A DNA stretch of 63,975 bases, the filler included, from Craspedostauros australis (lineage: Eukaryota), in the NCBI GenBank assembly GCA_030167865.1. It is 12 parts of 12 records of this genome, joined end to end, with 100 filler letters (N's around TTAATTAATTAA, not from the genome) between each part and the next. Parts side by side here need not be neighbours in the genome. Positions count along the whole stretch, not along the records: positions 1 to 1,735 come from JALAGF010002863.1; positions 1,836 to 4,255 come from JALAGF010002864.1; positions 4,356 to 12,992 come from JALAGF010002865.1; 9 more parts are not named here. One strand, 5' to 3'. The position numbers and the translations under genes are program-made. The first letter of the stretch is position 1; each line of letters begins with the position of its first letter. Shown here piece by piece: positions 1 through 11,355 of this stretch. The notes under the pieces were generated by a model that saw only the letters and a list, made by a program, of their open reading frames with translations, did not search any database and had not been told where the DNA came from.

Positions 1-440
1 TGCAAGTAAAAATAACACGGAGACAACACGACAAATGTGCGTGTTACTGCGTGAAGATGAGGTGCAAAAGTCAATGAACAAAACCACCGCGATAGCCCGT
101 GTTGTAAATTACGTCTTCTCACGATGTTGCTAGTAGTACAATCACACGATTGATCGTATTCACTTGAGAAGGTCAGGGCAAGATTCGCACGTGTCACACC
201 CAAGATCCAAGTCTGTCCTGATTGGGCAGATTGGCTCATCTTGGCAAGAAATCAATTTCCACGACATTTTTGGATCTGTGATTGAGGGAAAANNNNNNNN
301 NNNNNNNNNNNNNNNNNNNNNNNNNNNNNNNNNNNNNNNTCGACCAAAATTTCCGTTCGGAACGGAAAAGGTAAGAAAAGTGAAGATTTCTGATTGGTCG
401 ACGGGTGTCGCTATTGTTAGAGATTTAGCGTGCGCTAATA
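1..440 (-). mobile_element. LTR (partial) of a Copia-type element, inserted into a DIRS-like RT; left limit not resolved
   Basis: About 119-440 aligns by eye with 56769-57090, which sits just after a Copia pol stop and a GGGGAG purine tract. Both copies end at ...GCGCTAATA, and here the DIRS reading frame (LGIQDAARK) starts at 441. Confidence 0.7.
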
Positions 441-1735
441 CTTGGTATTCAGGACGCGGCAAGAAAGCGTCGAGCTGCTACCAGGACCCCTGGTCGTTGG
501 ACTGGGGCAGTGGTGGTGGCCCATGATTCAGGTGTGTACCCCACAGCAACACAAGAAAAATGGGACAAGGGCCGCGATCAGGTGGCCTCTGTCCTGGCAG
601 ATCTTGTGAAGAGTGAAACCATCGAGCGAAAGAAGCTGGAACGCATACAAGGATTCTTGAACTACCTTTGTCAGACCTACAAGCCAATGACACCCTACCT
701 GATCGGATTCCACCTCACCATAGATGGATGGAGAGAAGGAAGGGATGCAGGCAGTTGGAGAATCCTCAACTACATCAACCAGACAACATCAACACATGTC
801 GCAACAGGTGATGCCACTCCTCCACCTGAGTACATCAAGCCTGCTCTGCGTCTTGCTTCCGACCTTGAGGCTCTTCATCAGTTCTTCGCACCACCAGAGC
901 CACCACTACATCTTATGCGGCCTGGTCATTCCATTCGAGCCTGGCACGGTTTTGCAGATGCATCACAAGCCAGATTTGGCGCTTCCCTTCAGGTCGGCAA
1001 TGAGATTGCCTTCCAGTACGGCAAATGGACCTCAGAAGAAAATGAAGCCAGCACATCAAACTGACGTGAGCTCAAGAACTTGGTCGAAGCCTTGAAAGAA
1101 TGGACTGCCAAGTTCAAGCTGGAAGGGAGCGAGGTGTTCCTCTTCACGGATAACTCCACTGCTGAGAGTGCGTTTTGGAAGGGAAATTCAACCTCCAAAT
1201 GCTTGGCGGACCTGGTGCTCGAGATGAGACTGCTCGAAATGAAGTCAAACATGATCTTACATGTCATACATGTCAGTGGAGATCGGATGATACTTCAAGG
1301 CACGGACGGATTGTCTCGGGCTGATCACAGCACCGGCGTTATGGCTGGACAGAGCATGCTGCAACACATTCCTCTCCACTTGCAGCCATCAGATCGAAGA
1401 GGCAATCATCTCAAGGACACCATGAGAACATGTTTGGAGGGAATCGAATACGAATGGCTCACCCCTGAAGGATGGTACAGTACGGGCCAACGGCGAGGCA
1501 ATTTTGTATGGGAATCTGCTCCTGCAGCTGCGGATGCGATGATCAATCAGATTGGCAAAGCTCGGCACAAGCAACCCCAGAACCTGCACGTGGTCTGCAT
1601 ACCCAGATTGATGACTGGTCGGTGGCGGAGGAAGCTGTTGCGGTTGAGTGGCTTCTACTTCAAGGTTGAACGGTGTCGTGAATGGCCTGCTCACCTGCTG
1701 GAGCCTTTGTTTGTCTTCATTTGTCTTCCCTATCT
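441..1735 (+). pseudogene. DIRS/Ngaro-like (tyrosine-recombinase retrotransposon) RT C-terminus plus RNase H fragment
   Basis: One frame reads LGIQDAARKRR..PGRWTG, GFLNYLCQTY, FADAS..FGAS, SN*RELKNL, FLFTDNSTAE and HVIHVSG.RMI.QGTDGLSR. An in-frame TGA at 1062-1064 falls where Trp is expected. Confidence 0.75.
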
Positions 1736-1835
1736 NNNNNNNNNNNNNNNNNNNNNNNNNNNNNNNNNNNNNNNNNNNNTTAATTAATTAANNNNNNNNN
1801 NNNNNNNNNNNNNNNNNNNNNNNNNNNNNNNNNNN
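1736..1835. other. Artificial contig spacer N44-TTAATTAATTAA-N44 (also at 4256, 12993, 21921, 23772, 25605, 51930, 54020, 56652, 58733, 62392)
   Basis: Identical 100-bp linker with stop codons in all six frames occurs 11 times. Confidence 0.98.
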
Positions 1836-2237
1836 CTATCCGCTCAAGAGCACGATTGACGACGCGACATGGAATGAACATGACCGGTGAGTATGTGATG
1901 ATGGCGCAGGAGGAATACTGAGGAACCGAANNNNNNNNNNNNNNNNNNNNNNNGAGACCCATGCTGAAGGTACCTGTGCGTCTATGAGAGATGCTGCTCG
2001 AATGTAGAAGATGCAATCACCACGAGAATGCATGATGAACCTGCAGAAGAGAGCATGAGAGCAAGCTGATGAAGCAGATGAAAGCAACCATGGACAAGTG
2101 CATGATCATGGTGAACTGCTACAGATTACACTTGCTGCTGAATTGGAATTGGAGAGTCAAGGAGTTTGTTCTCACAGTTCTAAATTGGTACAGATTGATA
2201 ACAGATTAATCTACTACCTAACCCCGGATTTCCAACA
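1836..2237. mobile_element. Partial LTR of the family ending ...CCCCGGATTTCCAACA
   Basis: The last ~70 bp (CTCACAGTTC...GATTA...CTACTA...CCCCGGATTTCCAACA) match the ends at 14559 and 59140. Confidence 0.65.
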
Positions 2238-2809
2238 CACACTCGTGCAATTGATGGAGCCTCTGGCTAATCTACACTCTCAACGCCTCATCGCAACTGA
2301 GACATTGAAGAGTGCGCCACCTTGTTTTGAACACAAAAACACACCATTAATCAGTGCCCTAGCATGGTTGAGTTTCAATCTTCGTTTGGCGGATTTGGTC
2401 CGTCGCGTGGCGGTCGCTGATAGAACAGCGGGCTCCCAAGCTATGCTCCAGAATCAATCCGTGGTTTCTGTAGCACCATACACTCACTTAGTCTTCCACA
2501 CTATTGAGAATGCTGGCAGATCTGTTTCGACTGATAGTGGAGCCACGGCGGCTCAGCCAAACAAGACAAACGATCAACAATCAACGATCAGGACGCACCT
2601 GCACAGGTACATGGTACGATTAGGCATGCGAGTACATACGACCGTATCGCGAGAATGAACGGACGGCCACATTATCCATGTTCTGCATTACTATGTATTG
2701 TGTACGTTTGAGCACTGGAGGCTCCATTGGCAACCAACGATCGACAATTTGAAGACTATTGGTAGATCGTGCTCGCACCATGCACCATGTGCTCTTCTCC
2801 CACCACTTG

Positions 2810-3772
2810 CTACGCCTTCAACTTGTAAGCCGCGATCACACTGAGCGCTGCAAGGCCACCAATGCCCGACCCCAGGCTCAATCCTTGCAACACTCCCAAT
2901 TTACCAGGGGACAATGCCATCGCCGTTGGGCCTCCTTTGGTCGCGGCCATCGTGAGTGCTGACACACCCAACCCGCTCCAAACACTCAAATCAAGCAGCC
3001 GGATGTCAAAGTCATTCCGGATCTCCTCCGCTCGCTGTTGAAGCGCATGGGTGGTCCATGGAATGTTGCCTGAATGCCCGCTGAGAATGCCGCTCGAATT
3101 GGCGCGTTGTTCTTCGTTGGGATCGGGATTCTGTTGGATCATCCAGATCAGCTTCGCTTCTGCCAACATCATGCAGGTGAACCCAGTTGCAAGCGTGACG
3201 GTTCCCACCGTTGCAGCAAAAGATGGGTACGGTCGGAAGCCACCCATGTGCATCAGCGAGCCGGCGACAAGTCCGGCAGCGCTGGAGACATCGTAGGCTG
3301 TCCCGATTGTTTGGTACACAACTGCCAAGGATGGTGGCGACGAGAAGAGATCGGCCACGGTGGCTCCGACCATGAACGGGGGTCGGGGGGATGCCTTTGA
3401 TGGCGAACGCGTCGCGGGGTGCTGCTGAACGCTGGTTTGGTACGAATCTTTCATGGTTGGATCCTGTTTGGCACGTATGGTGGTGGAACTCTTCCAGCGT
3501 TGTTGCTGCGTCTGCTTGTGCGTCTGCTCCTGTTTCTGCTGTTGATGATGGTCATGGCGGCGACGATGGTGGCAGTGGTATGACGGAGCCACAGAAGATG
3601 TCGGGGGCAAGGACGGTTTGAGGAACAGAGAGTGTTGCAACTGTGCAAAGGACAATGCCATTGGTGTGAATGTGAGAAGCAACGCAAGCACGAACGATAT
3701 CCTTCGGCAAGAAATGGAAGGGATATCGCATCGGTGCCATGTCCTCGCAATGGTGGTGGCTTGAGAAGTCAT
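2810..3772 (-). CDS. Uncharacterised membrane protein with possible bipartite plastid-targeting leader; C-terminus tentatively DUF1757-like
   Basis: Open frame (start could be 3772 or 3832). Hydrophobic FVLALLLTFTPMALS is followed by FAQ, then a Ser/Thr/Arg-rich stretch and Gly-rich hydrophobic helices around ALQQRAEEIRNDFDIRLLD. Confidence 0.6.
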   Translation of the reverse strand: MTSQATTIARTWHRCDIPSISCRRISFVLALLLTFTPMALSFAQLQHSLFLKPSLPPTSSVAPSYHCHHRRRHDHHQQQKQEQTHKQTQQQRWKSSTTIRAKQDPTMKDSYQTSVQQHPATRSPSKASPRPPFMVGATVADLFSSPPSLAVVYQTIGTAYDVSSAAGLVAGSLMHMGGFRPYPSFAATVGTVTLATGFTCMMLAEAKLIWMIQQNPDPNEEQRANSSGILSGHSGNIPWTTHALQQRAEEIRNDFDIRLLDLSVWSGLGVSALTMAATKGGPTAMALSPGKLGVLQGLSLGSGIGGLAALSVIAAYKLKA

Positions 3773-5076
3773 CGGCCAACGCTGAGCGCAAACACGGAGT
3801 GTGAACACAGAGCGTGAATACGGAATGTACAAATATACGCGATCCTGTACCTACGCACTCGGTGTCGATGTTGTTTCTTCGTTTCCAATTCGTTGGCTTC
3901 ACATTTTGTGATCACATCAACAAGGAATGCATCTGGTTGCATTCCAATGTGACTACACCAACGGGATGACATCCATGTACTGCTCGACCCTCCTCCGCCA
4001 TCTGCGAGTACTATTCTATGTAGTAGTGCCCATGTGAGATGCCAGATCACATCTTGTGTGTAGATGTTTCATGCTTTCCACGCAGGAACTGTGCCTCCTG
4101 GCGGTGCTCTCTCAGCATCCCAACATCTTGGAATGATTCGTGATGGCGGTCCTCTGATACCGAAGTTGACGACGCTCAACCGGATGCGCCCCCAACCAAC
4201 AACAAGAGAAGCGTCCCAGTTCGAATCACAAGATACCACAGCGGCCGCACACCCANNNNNNNNNNNNNNNNNNNNNNNNNNNNNNNNNNNNNNNNNNNNT
4301 TAATTAATTAANNNNNNNNNNNNNNNNNNNNNNNNNNNNNNNNNNNNNNNNNNNNTCCGAAATCGCGTCCGTACGTCGTCCGTGCGAAAAAGGCCGATAA
4401 AGGGTAAAAAGAGGCATCGAGATGAACGGAAAGCGGAGACCATTTGCCTACAATGAACACATCAACAGAGAGCTCTCACTCTCCTCTTTCTAATAATGTA
4501 AAGATATCAGGCAACGGGCATCAACTCATCAAATGGCAGCTTGTGCCGTCGGCGATATGCCAATGTTTGCCAATAATTACCAATAATTACCAAAAAACCG
4601 GAAATTAGCCAATAGCCACTAGATGTTCCAGGAGGTGTTCGTCATTTGTTGATTGACTATTCTATTGTTGGCACTATGGGAGGTGCGGCAATCATGGATT
4701 TTGCGACATAGTCGCACCCTCGATTCCTGACAGATGCTCTCTAACAGAACATGGCATAGTATTTGGGAACATGAGCACTACACACGGATATTCATTCTCC
4801 AACCCGCGACGAGTACTCGTAGTATTAGGATGTAGGATTCCAGCTTGTACAACAGCTTCTGGCATTTCAAAAGCAGCATGCTCAAATTGTGGTGAGTCTT
4901 TTGACGGTGGGTAGGGGTGCCCACGACGAAGAAAGGAAAAGCAGCATGCTCCGTTTTGTGGTTGGTTTGAGCCAGGTGTAGTCGTACCACCAACGATCAC
5001 CACGACTACAAAAATGACCACCAATAGTGCACGTCGACAGTTGACTGAATGGCTGTGTGCTAACTTTGGACTTGGT

Positions 5077-7902
5077 CTACTCTTGGATCACTTCACAGGC
5101 GGATTGGACCGGTCCAGGGCAATCCTCTTCTTCATCGTCGATTACGTACGTTTCTGTAACTTCGTTACACAGGGCTCCCCGAACACATCCGGAACACTCG
5201 CCTCCCGCGCAGGTATTGCTCTTGATGCGGATATTACCGACTGCATCATCAGAGTTGCCGAGGGAATTGCATGCGCTTGTACCGCTGCATGCACCCTGTT
5301 CAATGACCAAATCTCCCCTAGTTTTGGTACTTTCAAAACCTGGTATACCATGTACAATCACACAAGCTTGTATTCCTTGGCATGCATTCTTCCCAATGAA
5401 GGTGTTTGCCACGGTCGGTGTCGTGGTGGTCCCTTGGCTACCTCGATAAGCAACACTGTTGCATGGTTCACTACGTCCAGTGCATGCTCCTTCTTCAATC
5501 CGTATGTTACCAAAGGTATTCAGTCCAACGTTTGTGCAGGCGTTGCTTCCACCCAGGCAAGCTTTTGGTCCAATCACCCTGTATCCGACATCGTCACCAT
5601 CAGCTGGAAGTGTTGGCGTAAACGAACCCAACCCTGCGCAAGTGTCACTTCCTAGCCCGCAACTTTCGAGAATGACTGTGTCAGTGTGCACTTCGCTGCA
5701 AGTTTCGGAGCCAAGACAGGAGTTTTCACTCACTGTCATCACACCAGTCTCGCTTTGCGTGCTGCAAGCGTCAGAAGCAGTGCAGCAAGAACTATCGCAA
5801 GCTGCGTGCAACTGGGACGCCTTGGCGGTGAAGAGTTTCAGGGTGCTCACTGTGTCCAACAGTGCCTGCGTCACACTCGCATCGTCCTTGATCTTGTCAA
5901 AGCGTTTCTGTGCCACCTGTTGTGTCACGACGTTGGGTGTTCCTTCATGACTGCATCCAAAGATGCTCTTGATCATCTTGCCCTTGTCACCGAGGGTGTC
6001 GACCGCAGCGACAAATTCAGCACATGTGCCTGTTGCGCCACCACAAAAGACGTCACCAGTGACCATATTGAGCATCGATGTGTCATCTCCCGGTATCGCG
6101 AGACATCCAACGGTGATGGACGCCGGGGGGAGAGTTGGAGCCGATGTTGGGGCCGATGTGGGAGCCGATGTGGGAGCTGACGTTGGAGCCGATGTCGGAG
6201 CTGACGTTGGAGCCGATGTTGGGGCTGCTGTGGGATTCGATGTGGGAGCTGACGTTGGAGCCGATGTTGGGGCCGATGTGGGACTCGCTGTGGGAGACGA
6301 TGTGGGAGCCGATGTCGGAGGTGACGTTGGAGCCGATGTTGGGGCTGCTGTCGGGGCTGTTGGAGCTGATGTGGGAGGTGACGTGACAGGTGTGGGGAAA
6401 GGAGTTGGAGAAAAGGTTGGAGAGTCTGTGGGCAAGGTGTCCTTGCCAATGCAGTACTCATCCACCTTGTCACCAGTAGGATTGCCCCCGGAGCTGCTGT
6501 CTCCCTTTGGACAGGCCCCATCTACATCGCTAATGAAATAGAATTCATCAGGGCTGCACTCTGTCTTCGTCATGCATCCCTTGCAGCCTTCGACACTGCC
6601 GCATCCACCAGGAGGAATGATGATGTCTGTCTTCATCCTGTCATTGAATCCCATCTTCTCGCATGACCCATCAGCGGCACAGCCACCAGCACCAACTGTC
6701 AGGCTGCCTGCAGGCTTGCCAGCAGTACCATGGTTGACAGTGGAATGGGCGTCCTTGCAGGCATTGCTGCCGACGCACGCATTCTCACCGATGTCGATGT
6801 GGCTGCAGATGCGGGTGGTCTTTTGCACGACGCGGCGTCCAGCTGCCTTGCATGCGTCTGTCCCAACGCATGCACCAGTCTGGATGGTGACATCACCATG
6901 GGAGCGGCGTCCCACTCCCTCGCAAGAGTGAGGGGTGGTGCACGCCATCTCACCGACGAAGGTGACTCCTGTGATGGACGGGTTGATTTCATTTTCGTTC
7001 ATCAACTCGCATGCACTTGTGCCAGTGCAGGAGGAATCAAGAATGAGCGGGTTGGGGCCCATATCCTTGCAGGCGCTGTCGCCGGTGCATGCAGTGATTG
7101 CGATGGTCATGAATGGAGGGGAGTTGGAGGCGGAACCGGTGACTGAGGTGCATCCTGAGGATCCTTGGCAGCATGGGGTGGCGACAGGAGGCGATTGCAT
7201 CGCCGCGATGGCCGCGCATGCTGTCTTCATTGCATCCGGACGTTCGGTGACAAGGATTGCGTTGGTGGCAGCGACCACGGCCAATTGGCCAGCAAGCACG
7301 TCGCTGGATGCGTACTTGTTGAAGAGCTTGCGTGCAGCTCCTTCGCCAAGGTCTCCAGCGCACGCGAAGAAGTTTTGCAGCTGCTCGGATTCCTTGACGG
7401 CGGTCACTGCCTCGCGGCAGGATGGCTTGGCAGAGTTGCAGATGATGGTCTTGGCGCTTACCTCTTCTGTCGTGAGGGTGGTGGCACCATCGGGCTTGCA
7501 AACGACCTCGATGGTGGAATCGAAGACCACTGGGGCAGCTGATGGTTTGGATGTTGGCAGGCGAGTGGGCTGGGAGGTCGGCGAGGCGGTTGGCTGAGCG
7601 ACAGGTGCCATCGAGGGCATCTCCGAAATCAACCCTGTCGGCGGCCCAGTAGGCAATGCGGTTGGCGCGGTCGTTTCTGGATCAGCCGGGTTCTCAGTGG
7701 GTGGCTCTCGTTCGCCCTTGTTTTGTTTCGCCGCCTTTGCGTTGTCATCAGCGCCGACCTTGAGGGCGCGGATCTTGTTCATTGCCGTGCGGAGTTCCTT
7801 GGTTGGGTCCAAGGGGGTCCTGTTGCCGCGGAGCACGGCGTGGACCGTTGCCATGTCGGCAAGAGCGAGAAAGGCGACGAAGGCTGCCTTGGCGTGGATC
7901 AT
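5077..7902 (-). CDS. Secreted Cys-rich, mucin-like protein (~941 aa) with two homologous modules and a PTSA-repeat linker
   Basis: Signal peptide MIHAKAAFVAFLALADMATVHA; repeated C.G..AC motifs; (PTSA)n tract. The CAA-rich leader upstream of ATG 7902 looks like 5'UTR. Confidence 0.85.
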   Translation of the reverse strand: MIHAKAAFVAFLALADMATVHAVLRGNRTPLDPTKELRTAMNKIRALKVGADDNAKAAKQNKGEREPPTENPADPETTAPTALPTGPPTGLISEMPSMAPVAQPTASPTSQPTRLPTSKPSAAPVVFDSTIEVVCKPDGATTLTTEEVSAKTIICNSAKPSCREAVTAVKESEQLQNFFACAGDLGEGAARKLFNKYASSDVLAGQLAVVAATNAILVTERPDAMKTACAAIAAMQSPPVATPCCQGSSGCTSVTGSASNSPPFMTIAITACTGDSACKDMGPNPLILDSSCTGTSACELMNENEINPSITGVTFVGEMACTTPHSCEGVGRRSHGDVTIQTGACVGTDACKAAGRRVVQKTTRICSHIDIGENACVGSNACKDAHSTVNHGTAGKPAGSLTVGAGGCAADGSCEKMGFNDRMKTDIIIPPGGCGSVEGCKGCMTKTECSPDEFYFISDVDGACPKGDSSSGGNPTGDKVDEYCIGKDTLPTDSPTFSPTPFPTPVTSPPTSAPTAPTAAPTSAPTSPPTSAPTSSPTASPTSAPTSAPTSAPTSNPTAAPTSAPTSAPTSAPTSAPTSAPTSAPTSAPTLPPASITVGCLAIPGDDTSMLNMVTGDVFCGGATGTCAEFVAAVDTLGDKGKMIKSIFGCSHEGTPNVVTQQVAQKRFDKIKDDASVTQALLDTVSTLKLFTAKASQLHAACDSSCCTASDACSTQSETGVMTVSENSCLGSETCSEVHTDTVILESCGLGSDTCAGLGSFTPTLPADGDDVGYRVIGPKACLGGSNACTNVGLNTFGNIRIEEGACTGRSEPCNSVAYRGSQGTTTTPTVANTFIGKNACQGIQACVIVHGIPGFESTKTRGDLVIEQGACSGTSACNSLGNSDDAVGNIRIKSNTCAGGECSGCVRGALCNEVTETYVIDDEEEDCPGPVQSACEVIQE
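6134..6390 (-). repeat. 12-bp coding minisatellite encoding (PTSA)n
   Basis: Tandem GGAGCCGATGTT/GGAGCTGACGTT-type units on the plus strand. Confidence 0.95.
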
Positions 7903-10562
7903 GGTTGTCGGTACTTGGTGGTTGGTGATTGATCGTTCAGGGTTGATCGTTGTTTGTTTGGTGTTATTGGTTGACAACTTGGATGGATTTATGAGATGAA
8001 GAGTTTGATTTGTTGGTTGTTTGGACCATGTGTTTGCGTCTTCGATGTTGTCCATGAGGCAACACGGTACGAGGATGGCATGACGCCAAGGAGGCCAAAG
8101 CTCCGCCACAACCGGAACCTTCACAACTGGTGACATCACCGTTGGATAGAAAGACTCCGTGGATCGATGCCGATGTCCAACAATTATGGTGCAGCATGAC
8201 CCTCCCTGATGTACATCATCCATTGGGCCTGACCAATAATACGTACGAGCAGAGCGTATGCGAGTATGATACGACTAGGACAAGCAGACATGGAGCACGC
8301 CGCTCTTGCTCATCTCCACAGGTCATCATCTGTCGTTCTTCTTGATCCGCAATTCTCGTCTGTGCTTGGGCAGGAGGTTGTTGCGGTCTGATTTCCACAA
8401 AGGTAAACTCTTTGTGTTTCGGCACGCAACACACAACCACCACAACCCATTCCGCAAAACAACAGCCCTGCAGTAGAGCAACAAAATACATCAAGGATCT
8501 TGATCCCTTCAACGCAAGAACGCAAGCGATGAATCGGTATCTGGGTTTGCACCTTCCCAGTGAAAAGGAGGGAGGAAAAGACTCGCCAACTGTTTGGGTG
8601 GAAGGGTCTCCCGCGATCGTCGCCTCTGTGATGCAAACACAATCAGGTTGTCGAGGCTCGCAGGGAACCAGAGCTGAATGTGCTTTGCAGAACGAAACAC
8701 CTTCTTCGAATTTTGGTTGGGCGTACTCTACGTGGGTGGGAGGGCGGTTTAGTTTTGAAATATGCATCTGGAGCAGTGTATCGCTTCTTGCGACTTACAA
8801 TGATGGGTGAATTGCGTCCGTGCCTTTGTGGGTGTAGCCCTGGCATGAACACTCCAACACTAATACATTTGCAGTGCAGCTACGCCACTCAACAGTTACG
8901 AACATGCTGCCCTGTCGCTGGAGACGCAAGTGAAGGGTTCCTACTTGAAGAGTAGGAACCGTTTCGCGTTGGTGTCGGAGTTTGTGGCTCTCCCACTTCA
9001 CTCTCACAAGCATCCACGTGACGAACACAACACAACTCTGCACAAGTTTCGTGACATGTTGTGGACAAATGTTCGTCCGCACAGCGAAGACTCTCCGTTG
9101 GGCAAAGACAGAGAGAGGCATTCGATGACCCCTTCAGCTTCTCTGTGACCGTTGGTGACCACTTTGGCAACTTCCTTCTCTGGCGGCATTCACCGACATG
9201 GAGGCTGCGCGAACAATTCGGACACGCGGCATGTATCTGTGAAGAGAATGGAGACACCATCAGCAATCCTCCTTCTATTCTATTCCATGCGATCTTTGGA
9301 TTGGTGCCATGCATCATGTGCGGGCACAGCCAGCATCCACATCGACATCAACATCAACATCGACATGATGACAACAGAACGCCAATTGCGTCAAGTAGGG
9401 AGCCAAAAACGTTGGCTACAGCTGTTTGTTTGAGGCACTAGTGCTATCGTAACACCGTTATACGGTGGGGGCAGGGCAAATGGTACAAGTATATGGACTG
9501 ACGAACAGACCGAGAAGAACCCTTTCCACGATCGAATCACGTCTTTGTGTGGACTTTGCTAGCTCTGGGACTCTCTACTCCAAAGCAAGGAGCAAGCCGA
9601 GTACCATCGGCGTAGAGTAGCAGAATAGAGGATTTGCTGATGTCGGATGTGGCGCGGTGGGGGCGCTTGGGCCTCGGCGCGCAGACTCCTCGTACGGTGT
9701 CTCGTTCTTCAGTTGTCGCAACGACGCAAGGATGACAAGCGAGAGAGAGATGGGATTAGAATCCCAGGAAAGTACAAGGTGAAAGGACGTTCCTTGTGGA
9801 GGCGCAGCACGCTGATTGTGTGAAGGCGAGAATTCTCCCACAAGCGCACAAGATGCTCTGCGTTGCTATCAGCAGTGCGCTCACGTGCGCTCGGGAGGTG
9901 ACTTCGATGTTTGCATGGCTCGTTTGATGGGGGAGAAAATGGACGTCGAGGCTGAATTGTCCACACGGTGCGCAGTTCACCTCAACGCATACAATCATAA
10001 GCCCCACAAAGGAAGTTGGGCCTCTATTTTGTCCGAAAGGAGTATTTGTGACGTCACCTTGGTTGCTGGCGGATATCCTGAAATCGAATGCCTGAATCTG
10101 CTGCTGGCGCTTGCGCAAATCGTGGAATGAATGCGGGATCACTCGCAAGAATTATGGCACGCAAGCGCCAGCAACAAGTGCAAGTAGTCATTCTCATTTC
10201 GGTGCGATGAAAACCAACCCGAAATGACACAACACAACGCAACGCAGCGCAGCAGAGCAGAGCGCAGAGTACCATCATGGCGCGTGTACTCGTCGAGTAC
10301 TCTTTCCACGAACAAAGAAGTCATTTTGTGAGTACTCATCCATCATACCCACGTAGAGTATTGGTAGGCAGAGTATGGTACATAACTGTCGTGCGGAACA
10401 ATATTCGCAGAGCAGAGCGCGTTGTGTAGTGCGCAATTGTACCACACTCCACGCAGCCTGCCGTTTTTGCGCGCCTCGACAGCTCAATCCGTAGTTCGCA
10501 TGTTGTGTGGAACATGTCAGTTTCTCATCATAAAACTCGATCTCCACCAAACACAAACCCGA

Positions 10563-10620
10563 GCAAGAACAAGAACAAGAACAACAACAACAACAACAAC
10601 AACAACAAACACAAACACAC
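10563..10620 (+). repeat. (CAAGAA)n/(ACA)n microsatellite in a 5'UTR
   Basis: Directly visible upstream of ATG 10657. Confidence 0.9.
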
Positions 10621-10656
10621 TCAAGAAAAGCAAGAAGCAAACCAAGCAGCAACGCA

Positions 10657-11355
10657 ATGAAGTTCTCCGCCCTCATCATCTCCTCCTTCTTCGTCGGCAC
10701 ATCGGCCGTGCTCGTTGGCCTTGGCGATTTCTGCCAAGATGATCGCATGACCATCGCCACCATCAACAACGTCCGCATGAGCGACAGCCCAAGCCAGCTC
10801 GAAGCCAGCCTGCCCTTGAGCGTCGTGAGCTCCGACGGCAGCACGGTCACCTTCAGGGTCTGCCAAACTCCCAACAGCGGCGGCGCCTTCTGGACCGAGT
10901 ACAACGAGGATAGCTTCGACTCTAAGTGCGTCCAAATCGATCCTTCCGGAGCCAACACGCAGTGCAAGACCTACACCTCCGTTTGCCAGACGGAAAAAAA
11001 GATCGCCGTGGTCGACTTGTGGGCAGAAGGTTTCCAGACGGACATCGGGACCAACGTCGCCGTCTCGAAGTGCTGCGAGGTTGAGGCCACAGCCGCCAAG
11101 ATCACCTACGAGCTCAAGTGCGAGTGCCCCCCGGTGAATAACCCCAACCTCCGCGGCACCCCACCTTCGAACCCCTCACCCCCAGGTTCCCCAACCGAGA
11201 GCATCTCCCCCGACGGCGGATCTATCACGATCGCATACAACCCCCCCACTGACAACACCGCGAATCCTCCTGCATTCAATGGCCCACCACCACCTCCGCC
11301 CGGCGGACTCTCCGGGCCATCTGGATTTGGCGGATTTGGCGGACCGGGCCCATAA
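10657..11355 (+). CDS. Secreted protein: Cys-containing extracellular domain plus Pro-rich and Gly-rich tail
   Basis: Signal peptide MKFSALIISSFFVGTSA; domain PLSVVSSDGSTVTFRVCQ..AVVDLW..SKCC..YELKCECP; tail PPPPPGGLSGPSGFGGFGGPGP; strong C-ending codon bias. Confidence 0.85.
   Translation: MKFSALIISSFFVGTSAVLVGLGDFCQDDRMTIATINNVRMSDSPSQLEASLPLSVVSSDGSTVTFRVCQTPNSGGAFWTEYNEDSFDSKCVQIDPSGANTQCKTYTSVCQTEKKIAVVDLWAEGFQTDIGTNVAVSKCCEVEATAAKITYELKCECPPVNNPNLRGTPPSNPSPPGSPTESISPDGGSITIAYNPPTDNTANPPAFNGPPPPPPGGLSGPSGFGGFGGPGP

Noticed and set aside
1780..1791. Recurrent palindromic TTAATTAATTAA motif
   Set aside because: Always centred in exactly 100 bp with 44 N on each side; an assembly linker, not a biological repeat.
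4356..4625. Possible DNA-transposon terminus (CAATAATTAC duplicated, ending ..GCCACTA)
   Set aside because: No partner TIR, TSD or second copy in the window.
6134..6390. Regular repeat array resembling a CRISPR or a VGAD-repeat protein on the plus strand
   Set aside because: 12-bp tandem units with no spacers; explained by the PTSA codons of the minus-strand gene.
7903..8223. N-terminal extension of the 1048-aa ORF, and similar extensions on the monooxygenase and CTPS ORFs
   Set aside because: Low-complexity CAA-rich UTR-like sequence. The signal peptide or the shared MVK start defines a downstream ATG.
9575..10130. Possible small gene between the two secreted-protein genes
   Set aside because: No ATG-initiated frame, convincing splice sites or motif.
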